A stretch of 64,000 nt of DNA from Candidatus Hodarchaeum mangrovi. GTDB lineage: Archaea > Asgardarchaeota > Heimdallarchaeia > Hodarchaeales > Hodarchaeaceae. Position 1 is the stretch's first letter; every line of letters starts with the position of its first letter. The stretch lies in NCBI GenBank assembly GCA_016839515.1, contig JAEOUE010000207.1, positions 1 to 64,000 of the forward strand. Reading direction: 5' to 3'. Shown here piece after piece: positions 62,861-64,000 of the stretch. Made by a program: the position numbers and the translations under genes. Below the pieces are notes generated by a model. The model did not search any database. It worked only from the letters and a program-made list of their open reading frames with translations, and was not told where the DNA came from.

Positions 62861-63766
62861 TTGTTAGAACAAGATATAGAATCGCAATTGCTAAAGATTT
62901 CCAATATGGAAGCTATTGCTCGTGATATAAAGCATCAGCGTGAAGGGATTAATAGAAAAGTAACTGAAATTGCAAATAAACGAAATTCACTTAATGAACA
63001 GGTAAAAGAGCTAATAGCAACTGCGAAAGAAGAACGTGAAAAACGAGATAACTGTAATGACAAGATCACAGCACTTAAAGAAAGCAAAACTTTATTATTA
63101 AAAGAACTCGAAGGATTTGAAAAGCAAGCAGAAGGACTAAATGGGCAACTTGAAGGATTAAATGTCAAGGGAAATACACATTCTCGTCGAGTAGACATTT
63201 CTGCCAAAAAAATTCGTCATGAGATACAAGAACTTGAATGGAAAATTCAAACAACATCAAACTTATCAATTAATGAGGAGAGAGAAATAGTTGAGCAGAT
63301 TGCAAGATTAGAGCAAAAATTCCGAGAAGTAAGAGAAACCGATGTCATATCAAGAGATTTAAGAACTTTTAATAATCGAATTAATGTACTTAAAGGAAAA
63401 ATGCGGTCATTAGAAAATGAACTAAGATCAATGGCTCGCGAAAGCCGTTTTCATCATAAAACTATGATTCAAGCATTTAAAAACGCTGATGTAATGAGAA
63501 AACAAGCGGATGATCTACATGCTCAATTTATCGATGCTAAAAAACAAGCAAATTCAGTCCATAATGAATATCTAAATTATCTACGTGAGATAAACAGAAT
63601 TCGTCAAGATATAAATAAAAGTAAACAAAAAGTCAGGGCTAAACAGGATGCTCATCGAAAGGAAAAGCTCGAAGAGAAAACTGAAGACGCACGGAAGAAG
63701 TTTGAGGAAGGAAGAAAATTATCATTTGAGGAATTTAGGACTTTAATAGATAAAGGGTTAATCTAA
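62861..63766 (+). CDS. Archaeal coiled-coil protein (COG1340-like)
   Basis: KRNSLNEQVKE, LEWKIQTT, RKQADDLH, KFEEGRKLSFEE. Confidence 0.85.
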   Translation: MLEQDIESQLLKISNMEAIARDIKHQREGINRKVTEIANKRNSLNEQVKELIATAKEEREKRDNCNDKITALKESKTLLLKELEGFEKQAEGLNGQLEGLNVKGNTHSRRVDISAKKIRHEIQELEWKIQTTSNLSINEEREIVEQIARLEQKFREVRETDVISRDLRTFNNRINVLKGKMRSLENELRSMARESRFHHKTMIQAFKNADVMRKQADDLHAQFIDAKKQANSVHNEYLNYLREINRIRQDINKSKQKVRAKQDAHRKEKLEEKTEDARKKFEEGRKLSFEEFRTLIDKGLI

Positions 63767-63877
63767 ATAAAGATTTAACTTTGTTAATAATACATAAGGA
63801 ATTGGGTTTTCCTATTAACTAAATCCAATATAAAATTTCAAGTAAATCTTCAAATCTCTAGCTATGGTGTTATTTGC

Positions 63878-64000
63878 ATGGGATCATATGAGGAATTCTT
63901 CCAAGTGTGTAATCAAACTGCTAGAAGTCTTCTTTCAAAGGCTTATAACCTTTTTCCGTTTTTAATCTTCTCTCATTATGATCCTGATGGATTAACAGCA
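63878..64000 (+). CDS. DHH-family phosphoesterase (RecJ/GAN-like), N-terminus only
   Basis: MGSYEEFF..IFSHYDPDGLTA (DHH motif I); usual neighbour of rps15. Confidence 0.75.
   Translation, partial: MGSYEEFFQVCNQTARSLLSKAYNLFPFLIFSHYDPDGLTA

Overview
AT-rich archaeal chromosome segment, very likely from an Asgard archaeon (ribophorin I, OSTC/OST3-6-like and roadblock proteins lie among archaeal-type RNAP, ribosomal and SecY genes). About 1-20 kb is accessory: regulators, GNATs, a MaoC/SCP2 pair, an amidohydrolase, SatD and a HerA-like ATPase. About 20-64 kb holds core information-processing genes (rpo1N/1C, rpo3, nusA, r-proteins, two tandem EF-1alpha paralogs, Rio1/Dim2/Csl4/KsgA, TFB paralog), interleaved with scattered pilus/DNA-transfer-like genes. 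Main signals not shown by the ORF track: (1) two copies of a cassette with a gapless conserved dual-TATA region, a proline-rich micro-peptide gene and a convergent ~505-aa paralogous protein; (2) the cassette's exact 13-mer promoter GGGACCTTATAAA also precedes a type IV pilin; (3) six tRNAs, including tRNA-Trp with four apparent introns (one carrying a C/D guide) and tRNA-Ser with three; (4) genes with ATT/ATC starts, including a ferredoxin the track missed. All calls come from manual reading of motifs; no database searches were run.
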